A stretch of DNA of 64,000 bases from Botryllus schlosseri (Eukaryota). Where the stretch lies: NCBI GenBank assembly GCA_051294905.1, contig CM119373.1, positions 30,876,001 to 30,940,000 of the forward strand, read 5' to 3'. Of this stretch, positions 1 to 12,765 are shown one piece after another; position 1 is the stretch's first letter; each line of letters starts with the position of its first letter. The notes beneath the pieces are model-generated. The model was given only the letters and a program-made list of their open reading frames with translations. It ran no database searches and was not told the origin of the DNA. A program made the translations under genes and the position numbers.

Positions 1-514
1 TTTGAAAGTATGAATATATTATTTGTCAATATATTGTATAGGTCTGCACTTCTGAAAGTCTATTCAAATATATTATAGAGATAGTTATCCGTTACATGGA
101 TGAAGATAATTGCAACGAATGGACCAACACGAGTTTATAAACTGACAATACAAGCACGGAAATGCGGTTATTCGCAGATGAATATATGTATAACACATTA
201 TAATTATTAATAATATAATAATAATGTTACAAAGTGAACCGCGGTTAGGGGAGGCAATTGAGGCAGTGAATTATGAAAATCTTCCATTCTAATAACACCG
301 AATATTATATGGGGATTATGTATCGATGTTAACGGATGATTCAATTTCAAACATTTTCACACCCACAAACACGGAATTTACATATTTATTACCCAGGAAT
401 ATGGCGTGAAAAAAGGTGTTGCACAAGTGAGGCACAAACGGGCCAAGTCTCACTGTTGAAAGCGCAATTCATCATAGACAACACCGAATCTATAATAAGT
501 TGTTGGTCGGTTGA

Positions 515-798
515 CTAAACAAAGGTCAACTTTCTTGCTTAGCGCCCGAAATACAGTTTTTTCCTTCACGTTCAAAAAAAGTAATATTTCCGGATCAGCT
601 CCCGAAACACCCGCCGGAGCTTTACTTCGGGCTGATTTACGGTATCTCAGTCAGATTTGTCAGTCAATTTGACCAAAATTCTCAAAAAAGGAGGACAAAA
701 TCTCAAAAAGGAGGACATTTAGGCGTCCTCGGAAGACATTTTCAAACACCTGAAAATGGAGGACAAATCCTCCGAAAGAAGGACGTATGGTAACCCTA
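515..798 (-). mobile_element. Partial copy (one end) of the TAGGGTTACCAT-terminus non-autonomous DNA element
   Basis: Ends in GGACGTATGGTAACCCTA (781-798). 515-798 is a reverse-complement match to 34943-35095 (gaggacaaatcctcc, ctgatttacggtatctcagtc, aaggtcaactt). The other end and TSD were not found. Confidence 0.55.
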
Positions 799-3187
799 TA
801 ATAAGTGATATAATAACCCTCAAAATTGTAGTCCATAGTAATCTGAAAATCGACTGTGTCACGTGAAAACGATAAAATGACAACGCTAAGAAACAATATA
901 CAGGTAAGGTACAAAAGAATTTGTCCTGTGCTCATCGTTGGCTAACAATCTGACGATCGCAATACAGTGGTAGAAAGCGCAATCGACTTCGCAACTCGAC
1001 GATGTAGTATGAATCGTATAGTTGTGATGGTCAGCAGGTAAAGTGAAGAGAAATATATTCTCTAACTGATGTTTCTGTTATGTATTTCCATCCACTATTG
1101 AGTATAGTATCCTCTGATACTGTTTGGAGGCTTTAGTCTGGGCAGTGGTTTCTAACGTGGGTGATATCGCCCACTAGTGGGATATTTTGTGAAGCAAAGG
1201 GGTGAAAATAAAAGTGGTCGATTGGTGTGCGACAGGGGGTGAAAATGTTAGAACGTCCAATGATATATATTTATTTAACACGACTAAAAAATGCACGTGG
1301 AGACTGCATGTTCTGCATGAGACGCGTGCTTATCCTGCATGTGACGCGTTAGTTGACTAACAAAAAGGTTAAACCAAGGGAAAGTAGTCGCGAAAATCGG
1401 ATTTCCGATCACCGTGTCAGAGAATTTCTGTCACTTCACCAGTGATCAGAGTTAGGGTGTGTAGATTTCCCGTTTAGATGACCTCTTTTTTTGGTTCCGT
1501 AAATATGGGCAGGGGTGCGCGGGGCGAAAATTTGTTTCGAGCTTGCAAAGGGGAAACCGTCCAAGCCTTATATTGGTATGAACAGCTTGGCCGAAGCCTT
1601 GGATATTGGTATGTCTAGCTTCCTAAATGGTTGATGTCAAAATAGTCATCTCCTTGCAATTAGACCCCCGAAATTCGACTCGCACAGGAAATTATCGCCC
1701 CCCCCCCCCACCAATCCTGTGAAAAAGCAAGAATTGGGAATAGTGCGAGTATGGACAAAAGAGTTTATCTTAGTTTAGTTTGATCTGATACGTGTGGGTG
1801 ATTCCGATTTCGTCAGGTGATTCCAATTTCGTCAGAGTAGTGACACTCTTTAACGTGAGGTCAAGAAACATAAACATGCTTCAACGAAGTAATTAATTAC
1901 AATGAATGCCCAAAGTAGACTGCGAGAAGCACAACCGAACATTCTTAACCGTTTGACATGAAAATTGCTGAAGTTTTATAATTACGAATCTTAAATATTC
2001 GAAGACACCGTTTGCTGGCATATATGTAATATATGCACGAACCAATATAATTGATTAAATTGATACATTAGCTTTTAAAGGTTTACGCGCTTAGCGTGGC
2101 TATGCATGTAATGCACACTGCACAGTGACCAGACATATGCGAACTACCAGACGAGTTAATGACAGTTAACTAACTACGGTGTGTTGTAGTATTATTGTAA
2201 TTCGGGGAGAAAATATTGTTCATAACCACGTCAGTCCAATTGTGTGGCAAGAAATACAATGGTATTAAAATGTAAGTGAATGCCATAAACACCTGTAGAT
2301 TGACATGGCGCTGGGTATGAAACTGGCAGTGAAAACGACCCACGATGGGTTTAACGCGCGTTGCGACATATCACGCGCTCTATGGAGTGAGCAGTGTATC
2401 GGTTTCATCGCCTCACGCAGTTCACTATTTTTCTGCGCCAACTGTTTTGAAGTAGTTCACGGCAGTGTTCTAAAAATAGAGCATCCATTCGGATACAACA
2501 CTGTTCCTACACTACTACAAAGGCGATACAGTTTCCTTACGATACATTATATAAGGGAGTTGTTTTTTCTACGTGTCATTGGTGCCGCAGCATTGTACAA
2601 AGCTTTGGACAATATTTTCAATCGATTTTTACAAGATCAATAACCAAATCGTTTTACTTCACTCCCAATCTGAGAGAGATAAGATCCATAGGGCGAAGTA
2701 AGATTATTCCAATATGTAAGGATAGCAAAGACTAACATTAAATTATTTCTAGGCTGGTAATACCAGCCAGCCTATGAATGCGCTTATTCGTCAGGGGAAT
2801 TCAGGTACAACACATTATTAGTATAAGACTGCCGGTATGCGCAACGGAGGTCTCAGGCCGGGCATTCACCGCTACCAAAACTGAATTAAAACAATTTCTA
2901 AAATGTGGTTACAATAAACATTTATTCTTTTTTTTCATAATTTATGTTACTGGCGGTTACCATATATTGTCGAAGCAACACCCTCAGCGAAAGAAACTAA
3001 AAATACGCAGAGGTACGTCTCCGAAACAGGTCCCCTTGATCGTAGAAAACCTGAAAGCAATTACGCACTCTTTAGCGACTAATAATATCTATCACCTGAT
3101 TTCGGGTGAAAGTGCAATAATACCATTCCTACTTTTAGAGCTTGCAAATATATTTTAGTGGTCAATTCCAAAAGGACGGTCTTTGCA

Positions 3188-3763
3188 ATGTATCGGAAAG
3201 TCATGCTCGGAGTTATGATACTAGAAATCCTTTACGGGATTGTTTTGCTTCTCTTCGGAGTCGCCGAACTCGTATCAGCGGTTCGGGGTACGTGGCCTGA
3301 ATGTAGAAGCACCGAAGCCGGACAAGGGATATGGTGTGGTGTATTGTCCATTGCTATGGGATCAATCGGGATCTCATTATGGAGGAAAACAACCACGCTA
3401 AAGCATAGAGCGGATGTCACAGTAGCGGCTGTAACGATGGTTGCAGCACTAGTTGGTTTCATTATAAATGTCGTGGCAGCAGTACGGGCACAATCCATTG
3501 GTGGTTGCTTGAATCTCGACTACGTGATAATGGCGATAGTATGTTTATTGGTGATGTTCCACGCCATGATTCACCTCGCATTAGGTTACCGAAGAAGGAA
3601 GTCAGACCAACTGAGCTCATCAAGACGGCATCCAAACAGCGCTGGCAGATCTGAAGTAACAGCATCCAACGTCTCTGCCACCGGCGACCCCGCATTTCAA
3701 CAGCATGTCTCGACAACTCAGCATCATCTTCCATCGAACGACATTGCCGGTCGCACTGATTAG
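3188..3763 (+). CDS. CD20/MS4A-like four-transmembrane protein, copy A (191 aa, single coding exon)
   Basis: ATG at 3188 (the track GTG start at 3158 is unlikely). Four hydrophobic helices, a GQGIWCGVLSIAMGSIGISL motif typical of CD20/MS4A TM2, and one Cys in each predicted outer loop. Conserved at amino-acid level with the ORF at 32086. Confidence 0.75.
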   Translation: MYRKVMLGVMILEILYGIVLLLFGVAELVSAVRGTWPECRSTEAGQGIWCGVLSIAMGSIGISLWRKTTTLKHRADVTVAAVTMVAALVGFIINVVAAVRAQSIGGCLNLDYVIMAIVCLLVMFHAMIHLALGYRRRKSDQLSSSRRHPNSAGRSEVTASNVSATGDPAFQQHVSTTQHHLPSNDIAGRTD

Positions 3764-5347
3764 AAAGAATCTGCTCGTATTTCTTACGCGTTTGTGTATA
3801 TACTATTAGTATGATTAGACATAGTTTCTATCCATAAAAAATGATTGCCCATCCTATATTGTGAAACGATGAGCAAAGACTTTATAGTTCATCGTAACAT
3901 TCTTCAGCCTGCCTATCGTAATTAGCAGTACTAAATTCCTATGAAAACCAATGGTGCCGGAGGAAGATTTACTACCATTTCGACGTTAGAATCCTCTTTA
4001 TGTGTATAGCACACTGTATTCCACTTTCTGTATGAATTGAAGATGGACACTGGTTCACTAAGCATGTGTAGATGTCGATTTTCTGTATAATAATAATAAT
4101 GAAATCTCACCTCCGAATGCTGGAAAGATTTAACGTGACGTATAAATGCTCACTGTGACGCAACCTGAAAAAAAGTGGCGTGGCGTAAAGAGGGTGTATG
4201 AAACGGGCAGCTGAAACAGATAGCCACAATGCGTTTCGTACGCCTAGGGACATACCATTAATAGTATCGGTTTTATTGATCTCACGCAGTTTAGCACCTT
4301 TTCGATCCATAACAGTTTTTATGTATTGTACCATAGTGTTTACCTATTGTATAATAACAGTGTGTCTACAATGAAACAAAAGCGAATTAATTTCGAGTCG
4401 AGTCGGTATGTAAGGACGGGGTTTTGTCTATACGTGTCAGTGGAACAAAAGTCGCCAACATTTCAACAGCATTTTAGTAGACCCAGGGCCTACGATATTC
4501 GTAGGCCACGGTAAACCAATCGCAAATCGCTTTGCTTCACTCGAACGATATGATTGAGATGGGCTTCTATTGCGTTAAATAAGAATATTTTACATAGGCT
4601 TCTATCGCGTCAAATAAGAATATTTTACATAGACTAACATTACTTCATCGGCTGAAAAAACAAGCATGCAAATGTGCTTATTCGTAAGGTGAATTTATGT
4701 ATGTTATCTTATTACAATGCTTATTGTAACACAACTGTTAAAGACGCGTGCTCGCAACGAAGGTTACAGAATTCACAGCTGCTAAAATTCACAACTTAAG
4801 CCATCCTAGAAATCTGGTTACATTAAATGTTTTGTCGTGAACATGTTTTCGTAAACTGTTTATTAAGCTGACTGATGCTTTGATAAGTCGCAGTAACCAA
4901 TGTGGCTTTCAGAGACAATAAAACCGACTGCATAACACAGCAGAGCAGAGAATGACACGCAAACGATAAGTCAACTGTGAACTGTGCAACGGAAGGCAAA
5001 TCCTATGCATACATTGATTGCTTGATTACGATTCACCCCACTTTTCATTATTAATGTGACTGACATCTACTAGTTCGGCTATATGTGATATTCTGTAGAA
5101 ACGAAATGAACGATAAGGTGAGCCAGTACGAAGTATCTGCCTTCAGAAATCGAATAGCAAATGTCCTTCTCCGAGTCGAGTCCTCTTTATCGCTCGCGCT
5201 ACGGCTACAAACTATACCATAAAATCCACTTCGTACTTTTTATGTGATGTTATTCTATGCCACCAGATTTAAGCGAATAATGCCAATCACCACTTCTCCG
5301 GGTTGGGAATTTGTTTAAAGGTAAATTCCACAAGCACGCATTTTGCG

Positions 5348-5760
5348 ATGTATCAAAGGTTACGCTTTCATTCATGATAATAAAATCCTTTTCTGTATTA
5401 TCATGCTCATGTTACAAGTTTTTTTGCTCATTTTCGGAGTTTTTTGACTCGACAACACGGTGACAGCTGACGATCCTGAATCTTTAGGTCGACTACGTTT
5501 GAGTCGGAGACATTGGTTCCACTCAGTTTTGACCGAATTAAGTGGAAAATCAATTGCTCGTTTCATGGTTATGCGTAAAGGTAGCCAGAGCATGACAATC
5601 GATTGCCGTTGTATCATAAATGAATTGAAGCTGCGCTAAACTACAGTAAGAAATTGCACTGGTCGCATAAGACGCTGAAGAGTTATACATCCACTTAAAA
5701 TGGTGTACAGTGTTTCGATGCCAAACGTGTCGACAAACACTGCATCGCTGTTCTACACAT
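5348..5760 (+). pseudogene. Highly degraded MS4A-like copy B
   Basis: ggtaaattccacaagcacgcattttgcgATG matches the pre-ATG context of copies A and C. With one frameshift it reads MYQ-VTLSFMIIKILFCIIML (copy A: MYRKVMLGVMILEILYGIVLL). Upstream 4200-4800 is homologous to 2310-2890. The 3' boundary is approximate. Confidence 0.5.
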
Positions 5761-6648
5761 TCACCTATATTTAAATTCAAATATAGTATGAAGTCACGCA
5801 GCCAGAGCTGAAACGGTATTTTCACACACAGAAATTCATTTATGAAAAAGCTAAAATGCCAGCTAAAGGAAAAATCAAAAAAAAATCTCGTTGGGCCTGT
5901 ATATTTGCGCTACGGCCGAGGCTGAACGAAGGCGCGAAGTGAAGTTTAAATAACTGAGAATTCCGCATTTGCTTCAACAGCGGCGGTCAAACAAAATATA
6001 TGTAAATCCCAAGGAATTGCGAACCGGTATCCGAATTAAGCGGAGATTTGTCCGAGTAAACTATATTTTTTCTAGTAATTTTTACTTTTGATCCGTTTCG
6101 AATAAAGCGGATGTCCGGGTTACCCGATGTCCGAATTAAGCGGATTCAACTGTTAAGGATACAGCAAGTAGCAGCGCTCATTTGTCAAAACACAAAACTG
6201 TATATATAATCATCAGATAGAATTAGCAAGATTTTGAAACGGCCTGGTGCAATTCATGTGACACTCATGTTTATTCGGAAGATTGTTCAAGATCATGAAA
6301 TTACAGATCGTTTTATGTACCATCACAAGTAACAAGCACGTGTGTAAGTTTATGTATATACTTGTTTATATCCTCCGGGGTACGGGCTTGACATGAAGAT
6401 CTTAAAAGGATCATATCGCTGGCAACCGTCTTTACCGTTATACAGATAGCTACAGACTAATAATATTGTGTATTATTTTTGTTTTCGGGTATTTTTTACA
6501 TAATCAAATTGTTTGTTGAGTTTCTTGAAGGTTACAGAACTTCAATATACGATTGAATAGTATATTCGTATAGCAATGAAACCGAATATTTTCGGCAGAC
6601 ACTTGTCAGGGGTAATCGTTAGCAACTACAGGAGAGAATTGGATAGAG

Positions 6649-8615
6649 CAGTGCTTTTCAACCTGTGTGACGGTTCGCACTAGTGCGAATGAAAAAAAAT
6701 TCAGTGCGAATGACGAAGGTGGTGCGAACAGTGCGAATGAAAATCCGGATCAAGTGCGAATGAAAATCGTGAATAATTGTTAAATTTTCTAACGTGGAAT
6801 AATTCAAATAAACCTAATAGGAAATGTAAGATCAGTGTAATATTTTGTAGTTGCGACGCAATTGTAAAAACTTAATACGACGCACGACTAATCGTAGCTC
6901 TCATGAGCCGTAGTGAATTAATATTCATGCACTATAATTATTACGTAACCAAAAGCCGAGTTTGGAAGCTGGTGTATAGTGGCAGTACATGTATAGAGAT
7001 TTCTACAGTCTCTATAGTGGCAGACATACAGTATATCAGCCCGTCTGAGCCCGCGACAGGCTGGAAAAATGACATCAAATTGACTTCCTGCTTTCTTTCG
7101 CTAAATAATCATCATATTTTCGTAATAACTGTTCGATTAGCTCTAGGCACGAGGATAGTAAATACCATCATTACAGACTCACATTTGCAAGTTACTGTAA
7201 CGCAAATTTTTACCCCTTCAAGGGTTGTTAAAGTATGAACCGCAAAGGGTATAATTGTGGGTCGACAGACTCGACACGGTGCCAGAGCTATCTCTTAATA
7301 TGTATATGTAATATTTATTGAATTTATTGCAAAAGATCCTGCGATCGTTTTTACATATCCAAGATCACTGTGTCGCGAGATGCCACAAAAGCTCAGATTT
7401 TGGTGGTAGTCTAAAAGCTGCTTTACCGTTATTAAACTGTCATGAATTCTCACATTAGATATAGAGTACAGATATAGAGTAGGTATAGAGTAGAGTAGCA
7501 CACAAAGTATCGTGAGTTATCTGCTCTTCTCATAAACTTGCGAGACAGAAGTTGGAGCAACGCATCATCAGGTAGCGAGCAGTGATGAGCATCGGAGCGG
7601 AGTCGGAGTGGATTCGGAGCGGAGTTTTGTTGATTTTGTGACAGTCGGAGCGGAGTCGGAGTTTACTACAGATATCTTTTCGGAGAATTTCGGAGTATTG
7701 TAACTTCTGTCCCCGCGATATCTTTGGAAAGCTCTGACCAGAATACACTATTGATTAATACTATTACAAACCAAAACACAGACAGTTGACACCTTGTAAA
7801 GTTGTAATATGACGGGTAACATGCAAAAATGATTGCCAAGTGCATAAAAATCAACCATCTGCACTACAATTGGGGACTGGAGAGTAAACAATACTATGAG
7901 GCCAACCATATTATCATATTACCATGTGTACCATGTACCATGCTTGCCACTGTTTCGGATGCTTGACGAGATTCATCGGAGTATCTCGGAGTCTGGGATT
8001 GAGCTCTTCGGAGTCGGAGGGAGTTTTCCTCAGACACTAAAGTCGTCGGAGGAATTCGGAGTCTCGAAAAGCACTATCCGCTCATCACTGGTAGCGAGCT
8101 CTAATGTGCCTACTCACCTTGATCGTTTTGCACCTTACGATTCAAAGACATAAGGCAAAAGCCTCAACACAAACATGTGTGTTTTTCATTCTTTCAACGA
8201 ACTGGAGCCTCGCGGAACCTTTGTGTCAGCTCTCAAAAACGATTTCTGCAAGCAAGCATTTTTCACTCGCGAAAAAGCCGCTATATTTTGGATAGGAGTG
8301 CTGAACATATTTTAAGATCTGGCCATCCAAGCACTAGTAGACGTTCTTGTACAAATTCCCAACAACATTGTTTGGTCGAGAAGGGTTTTCGTGAAGTAAT
8401 TGAAAGAAAAACGAGCGAAAAAAGTTGCCTTTTTAATGAGACACTTGATAGCTTAAGCTACATAGTAGCCAATTTGTTGCACATCTGAACAACATATTGT
8501 TAAGTAGGCCTATCTTCATTTTCTTTTTGTATAACAATTTTCGATTAGTTTGTGCGAATGAAATTTATTTTACAAAAAAAGTGCGAACGGAGCTCAAAAA
8601 GGTTGAAAAGCACTG
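6649..8615 (+). mobile_element. Non-autonomous hAT (Buster/Charlie-like) element with CAGTGCTTTTCAACC termini
   Basis: TIRs CAGTGCTTTTCAACC / GGTTGAAAAGCACTG, perfect 8-bp TSD ggatagag (6641-6648, 8616-8623), and subterminal GTGCGAA repeats. A frameshifted remnant FW...VLVQ-PTT-LVEKGF (~8285-8440) resembles the hAT C-terminal dimerisation region. Confidence 0.85.
7580..8090. mobile_element. hAT-type MITE with CAGTGATGAGC termini, nested in 6649-8615
   Basis: TIRs CAGTGATGAGC / GCTCATCACTG, perfect TSD gtagcgag (7572-7579, 8091-8098), and internal CGGAG(T) repeats. The empty site is visible in the homologous copy at ~41445 (aaggtagcgagctataatg). Confidence 0.88.
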
Positions 8616-10745
8616 GGATAGAGCATTGCATATTAACAATCGTATCACGAAATATGACGTCACCGGCATGAAATTTCGAAAAATCGGGGCGGAGAGTCTC
8701 CGATTACCCCTGACGAGTGTCAGCCGAAAATATTCGGGTTCATTTCAAAATAAATATACTATTCAATTGTAATTTGTTTGTGAGTAATACTTCAGTTGAC
8801 GAAGCATTAAAATCTCATTCTCTACCTGTTGTGGCTTTACTATTGTTCGAAGTTACGATGAAAAAAGCCTGTCTAGGCCGTCCGAGTCTACGAGTCATAC
8901 GACTTTGTCGCGAAATGTTCACTGACTCGAGTCAAGTCGAGTCAATACACAAACAGAATCATGTTGAATCGAGTGATTTTCCGTATTTAAAAAGATATTC
9001 AGTCAAGTCGAGTAACCAAAATATCGTGATTCGAGTTGAACTTGAGTTGAGTCATTATGACCCTGGCTAAATCCTATTGCTGTTCATATTTAAATAAAAT
9101 AAAAATAATTTCCGACACGACATCAACCAGTTGCAGACAGGGTTAAATCATACAGTTTTGACGAGTTGAGAACGTTCTCGACCAAGAAAAAGTATGGTGA
9201 AATAGCACTTCCACTGGACGCAGTTTGCACCCTAAAATTCCGGAAATGTCAGGGGAAACCCGAACGTATGGCAACCCTATTGTGAATATACTCATTTGAA
9301 CCTAAATATAGATCTTCTGCTGCGCTGCAACATGAAACGTGTGCGGGTGCGCGTTTTCAATTTTTCAATTATGCACATTCGTGTTTTTCGAATACCTGTC
9401 CATGAAAAGAATTCATATTTGAAACCGATCCGCAGAGCAGAACAAGTTGCCGACCCATCCTCTAAACCAGGGGTTCCTAACCTTTTTCGACTCATCGTCC
9501 CCTTATCAATCTCGATACAAATGTTCGCCTCCCATATTTGTGGATCCGAAAAATAGGACACTTAAATTAGGGAATTTACTCACCTCACTCTGATGGCTGG
9601 TGATTTTACTAAAAAATGCTATGTTCCGAGGTGGTAGGTGCTCGGAAAATCGGTTTCCGCGTCTATTTTCCGTTGAGTTGACCTATTATTCGCATCATAT
9701 GCAGAATAGGCCATCTTCACTTGCATTTGTTGACCGTGTTAATAATTGAATCTATATTTCACCGGATGTTCGAACATTTTGCCCCCTCCCCCAGTCGCCA
9801 ACCTTTGGTATTTTGCCTCCTTGTTTCTAAAAATCGCACACTTGTGGGCAATGTTCCCTCTAATTTTTCACGAGTCTGCGCAAACACGCCAACTCACTGC
9901 GCAGGCCCTTAGACAAAAGTGCGCAAACAGGCACCCCATAGGGTGATAAACATAACTTCTGGGGGGCCATACCCCCCTCGGGGTTTACGTATTTTGACGC
10001 TATACTGATCATCTACATTTGGTAGATGTAGCGCCTAAACGCGTGTAACGCGAACATGTTCTATAATTCATTATTGAATCGGTATTTAGCTGTCAATTTT
10101 TATGCTCTCTCTGCGCACGAAATCAGATTTACCGGTAGAGCTGATTGAGTGAGGTATGTTGGAAAAGGTAGGACCCCTTAATAATAATTATTCATCTTCG
10201 AGCGTACCCGTTGGTATAATGACTTCATTACGGGATGCTATTTCGTGACTTCCATGGTGTCCACATTTCACCATCCCAAAATTTGTTTGTTATTTCGACT
10301 TCTCGACATATTTTGCAGAGCAGACCTTTCTCGCTCGAAAAAGAAAATCTCACCTAATTTTAGAGTTTTGTCTTCCGTTTTCACATGCTCCGACAACCAT
10401 TCCATGTTAAACGAATCGCACTTCTTTGTTAATTTGGCCTGGTGAGGGGATGAGAAACTACCCATTCGTTTTGCCATTATTAAAATCGATCAGTATAAAA
10501 AGTGTTAAGCAGAATTAGCGAGTATTCACTGAACGGTAGCCACACAGGCAAGTAGATAGCCAAAACACTTCTAGCGACACAAATGGACGCCTGTAAGCTC
10601 AAGTACTATGGACGGCGAATCGTAATTTTCTGCGACCATCTGTGACGTCACAATAAATCCATGTGCATGTGACATACTATAGATTACTGGTAGACATACA
10701 CGCACGAGAACGCACTTCAAATCAATACATGCGATCGATGTGGGC

Positions 10746-11466
10746 CAGGGGTGGCCAAACTTTTTGCCTTTCACGGCCGCATTCCATGTTAAAGTGTCTA
10801 TGGCCATTTCCGGTGAACTCCGGACTAAGCTATTGAATAATATAGGCTTACTATACGCGCCGAGGTCGCGAGTGGTGACTGCGTGGTCATGTTAAGAATC
10901 TGTATACAGTCGCGCTAAGCGCGAAAAATTTTTCAGTTTCACTAATGAATTTCTTCATTGAAATTAGTAGTTTTTTTAGTATCAAACTGTTATCTTTTCT
11001 TAGCCGATGTAATCAGATTCACTAATAAAGTTGATAGAGAGTGTCTCTAAAAATTTGGGGCAATTTATAAATGATAATGCATCTTCGGGTGGGCCAAATT
11101 GTTATCAGTCGCTTTGTTGCATGCCGTTATTTCTTGACCTCCCATAAGGATTGTTGGTATGGTTAGGAGCACACGATTGCGAGTTTGTATTTCAATATGC
11201 GGCGCATCATTTTCCTCTGCTGTTCGAATCTGTACTGTGGGCACTGCTTAGAAAGGGCGCTGCAATATATCAAAATCCAAAAATGAAGTCACATTGAATC
11301 GCGCGCAGCGCGAAGAAAATTTCAAGATCAGGTAATATATCTCAAGAAATCGGGAGACAATTCGTAAATTCAAATTGCATGTCGACAGCTGCCAGCACAT
11401 ACTAATTGCATTCCGTGTCCACGGCCGCACAAATTTCCTTCTAAGGCCGCAGGTTGGTTACCCCTG
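10746..11466. mobile_element. hAT MITE with CAGGGGTGGCCAAAC terminus
   Basis: Left end CAGGGGTGGCCAAAC, right end GGTTGGTTACCCCTG. TSD atgtgggc / atgtaggc (1 mismatch). Confidence 0.7.
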
Positions 11467-11690
11467 ATGTAGGCCTACTGCGTTAAAACACTGATGTGAC
11501 GTCTTAATACCAGCAATGCACTCATTACTATCAAGACCACCAGTCAGATATATTGATATGAATATTCAAGTATGACTGAAGCAAAAACAATATCAGGGTG
11601 ACCTTATCGACAGAAGATTCCCGTTCAAACGAATCGAATAAAATCACAATTTGTGCCGTTGAGAAGCTGATGTAACTCAACGCCCTATAC

Positions 11691-12765
11691 AAGGGGTGGG
11701 CAAACTACGGCCCGCGGGCCGCATGCGGCCCGCAACGTCGTTCTGCGCGGCCCGCGACAGTCTGAAGAAACTTATTAACAATATTCTAAGGCGGTGTTTC
11801 TGAAACTGGGGGCCGCGCACCCTTGGGGGCGTGAAAGCATCTGAAGGGGGCGCGAAGCTGAGCTCAACTGAAAATTTCTTTAGCGCTCTGCGCGATTTAC
11901 ATCCGGTTCAAAATTGTTGCTCCGTATTTAGTCTGAATTTCATATCACAGTCGTAACCGTTCATGCCATCAAACTATCCGTTAGGTTTGGTAGCATCTTG
12001 GTTGCGTTTTGTGCTATGACCATAAAGGGGCGCGAAATCCTTCACCATCATAAGAGGGGGGTAGCGTGTCTTAAAAAGTTTGAGAACAACTGTTCTAAGG
12101 TAAACACTTCCTATACTATTTTTTATGTTTCATTTCTGGCGCGACAGCCCGATCTCAAGGCCTACGCAGTTTCAAGGGTTTCAACTGCTAAACATCACAG
12201 AAATCCTGAACAAGGTTGACATAATTCGGATCGCGAGTGTGATTTCAGATTGGCAACCCCAGTTTTAATTATTTCAGTGATGTGCTTACAAAAAAACGAT
12301 TCGAGCGTGTCTTAGGTAGATTTGTTTATGTTTTATCTATTACACATAGTAGAAGCGCATGGTTTGAAGCTAACATGGTTATGATGCTGTCAGCATTGTG
12401 TGTCCTGGAACTGAACCAAAAGTAGGATTAGTAAATCTATGAACAGATCGGTGCTCACAGATTTAAATTTCCATCCTGTTCTAAGAATCGGGACAACCGA
12501 CTTTCATCACTACAGTTTTGACAAATTGGTAATTGAAGTCGACCAGCCTATAAAATCTCGCCACCGTTTCTGACGCGTGTACGGTATCATCAAAGCAATG
12601 TTTGGTTTGTTTTAAATAAGCCTATATATTATCTACATGTCTTCCCTATATAATCGAATTCCAATATTGTGTTTTGGTTTATAATCCCAATTTTATATAG
12701 TGCGGCCCGCAAATGGATTCACATATTGAATGCGGCCCGCAAGCTCAAAAGTTTGCCCACCCCTG
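11691..12765 (+). mobile_element. Non-autonomous hAT element with a transposase C-terminal remnant
   Basis: TIRs (a)AGGGGTGGGCAAAC / GTTTGCCCACCCCTG, perfect TSD ccctatac, and GGCCCGC subterminal repeats. 12445-12573 translates RSVLTDLNFHPVLRIGTTDFHHYSFDKLV...SRHRF*, resembling SPIN/GTF2IRD2-type hAT C-termini. Confidence 0.85.
11792..12092. mobile_element. hAT MITE nested in 11691-12765
   Basis: Imperfect TIRs CGGTGTTTCTGAAAC / GTTTGAGAACAACTG and perfect TSD ttctaagg (11784-11791, 12093-12100). Confidence 0.8.

Noticed and set aside
2305-2643. 112-aa ORF upstream of copy A
   Set aside because: It has no recognisable motif, and the homologous DNA at 4200-4550 and 29080-29230 does not keep the frame.
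3232-3498. Antisense ORFs over the MS4A-like genes (also 32130-32372)
   Set aside because: These are shadows of hydrophobic-codon sense ORFs; their similarity follows from sense-strand conservation.
6025-6155. Complete Tc1/pogo-type MITE (TCCGAATTAAGCGGATTCAACTG end)
   Set aside because: Only one terminus is visible and no TA TSD pair was found, so it was left unannotated.
6670-6770. Regularly spaced GTGCGAA repeats as CRISPR or iterons
   Set aside because: They lie just inside a hAT TIR and recur in the sister copy at 36520-36655, so they are subterminal repeats.
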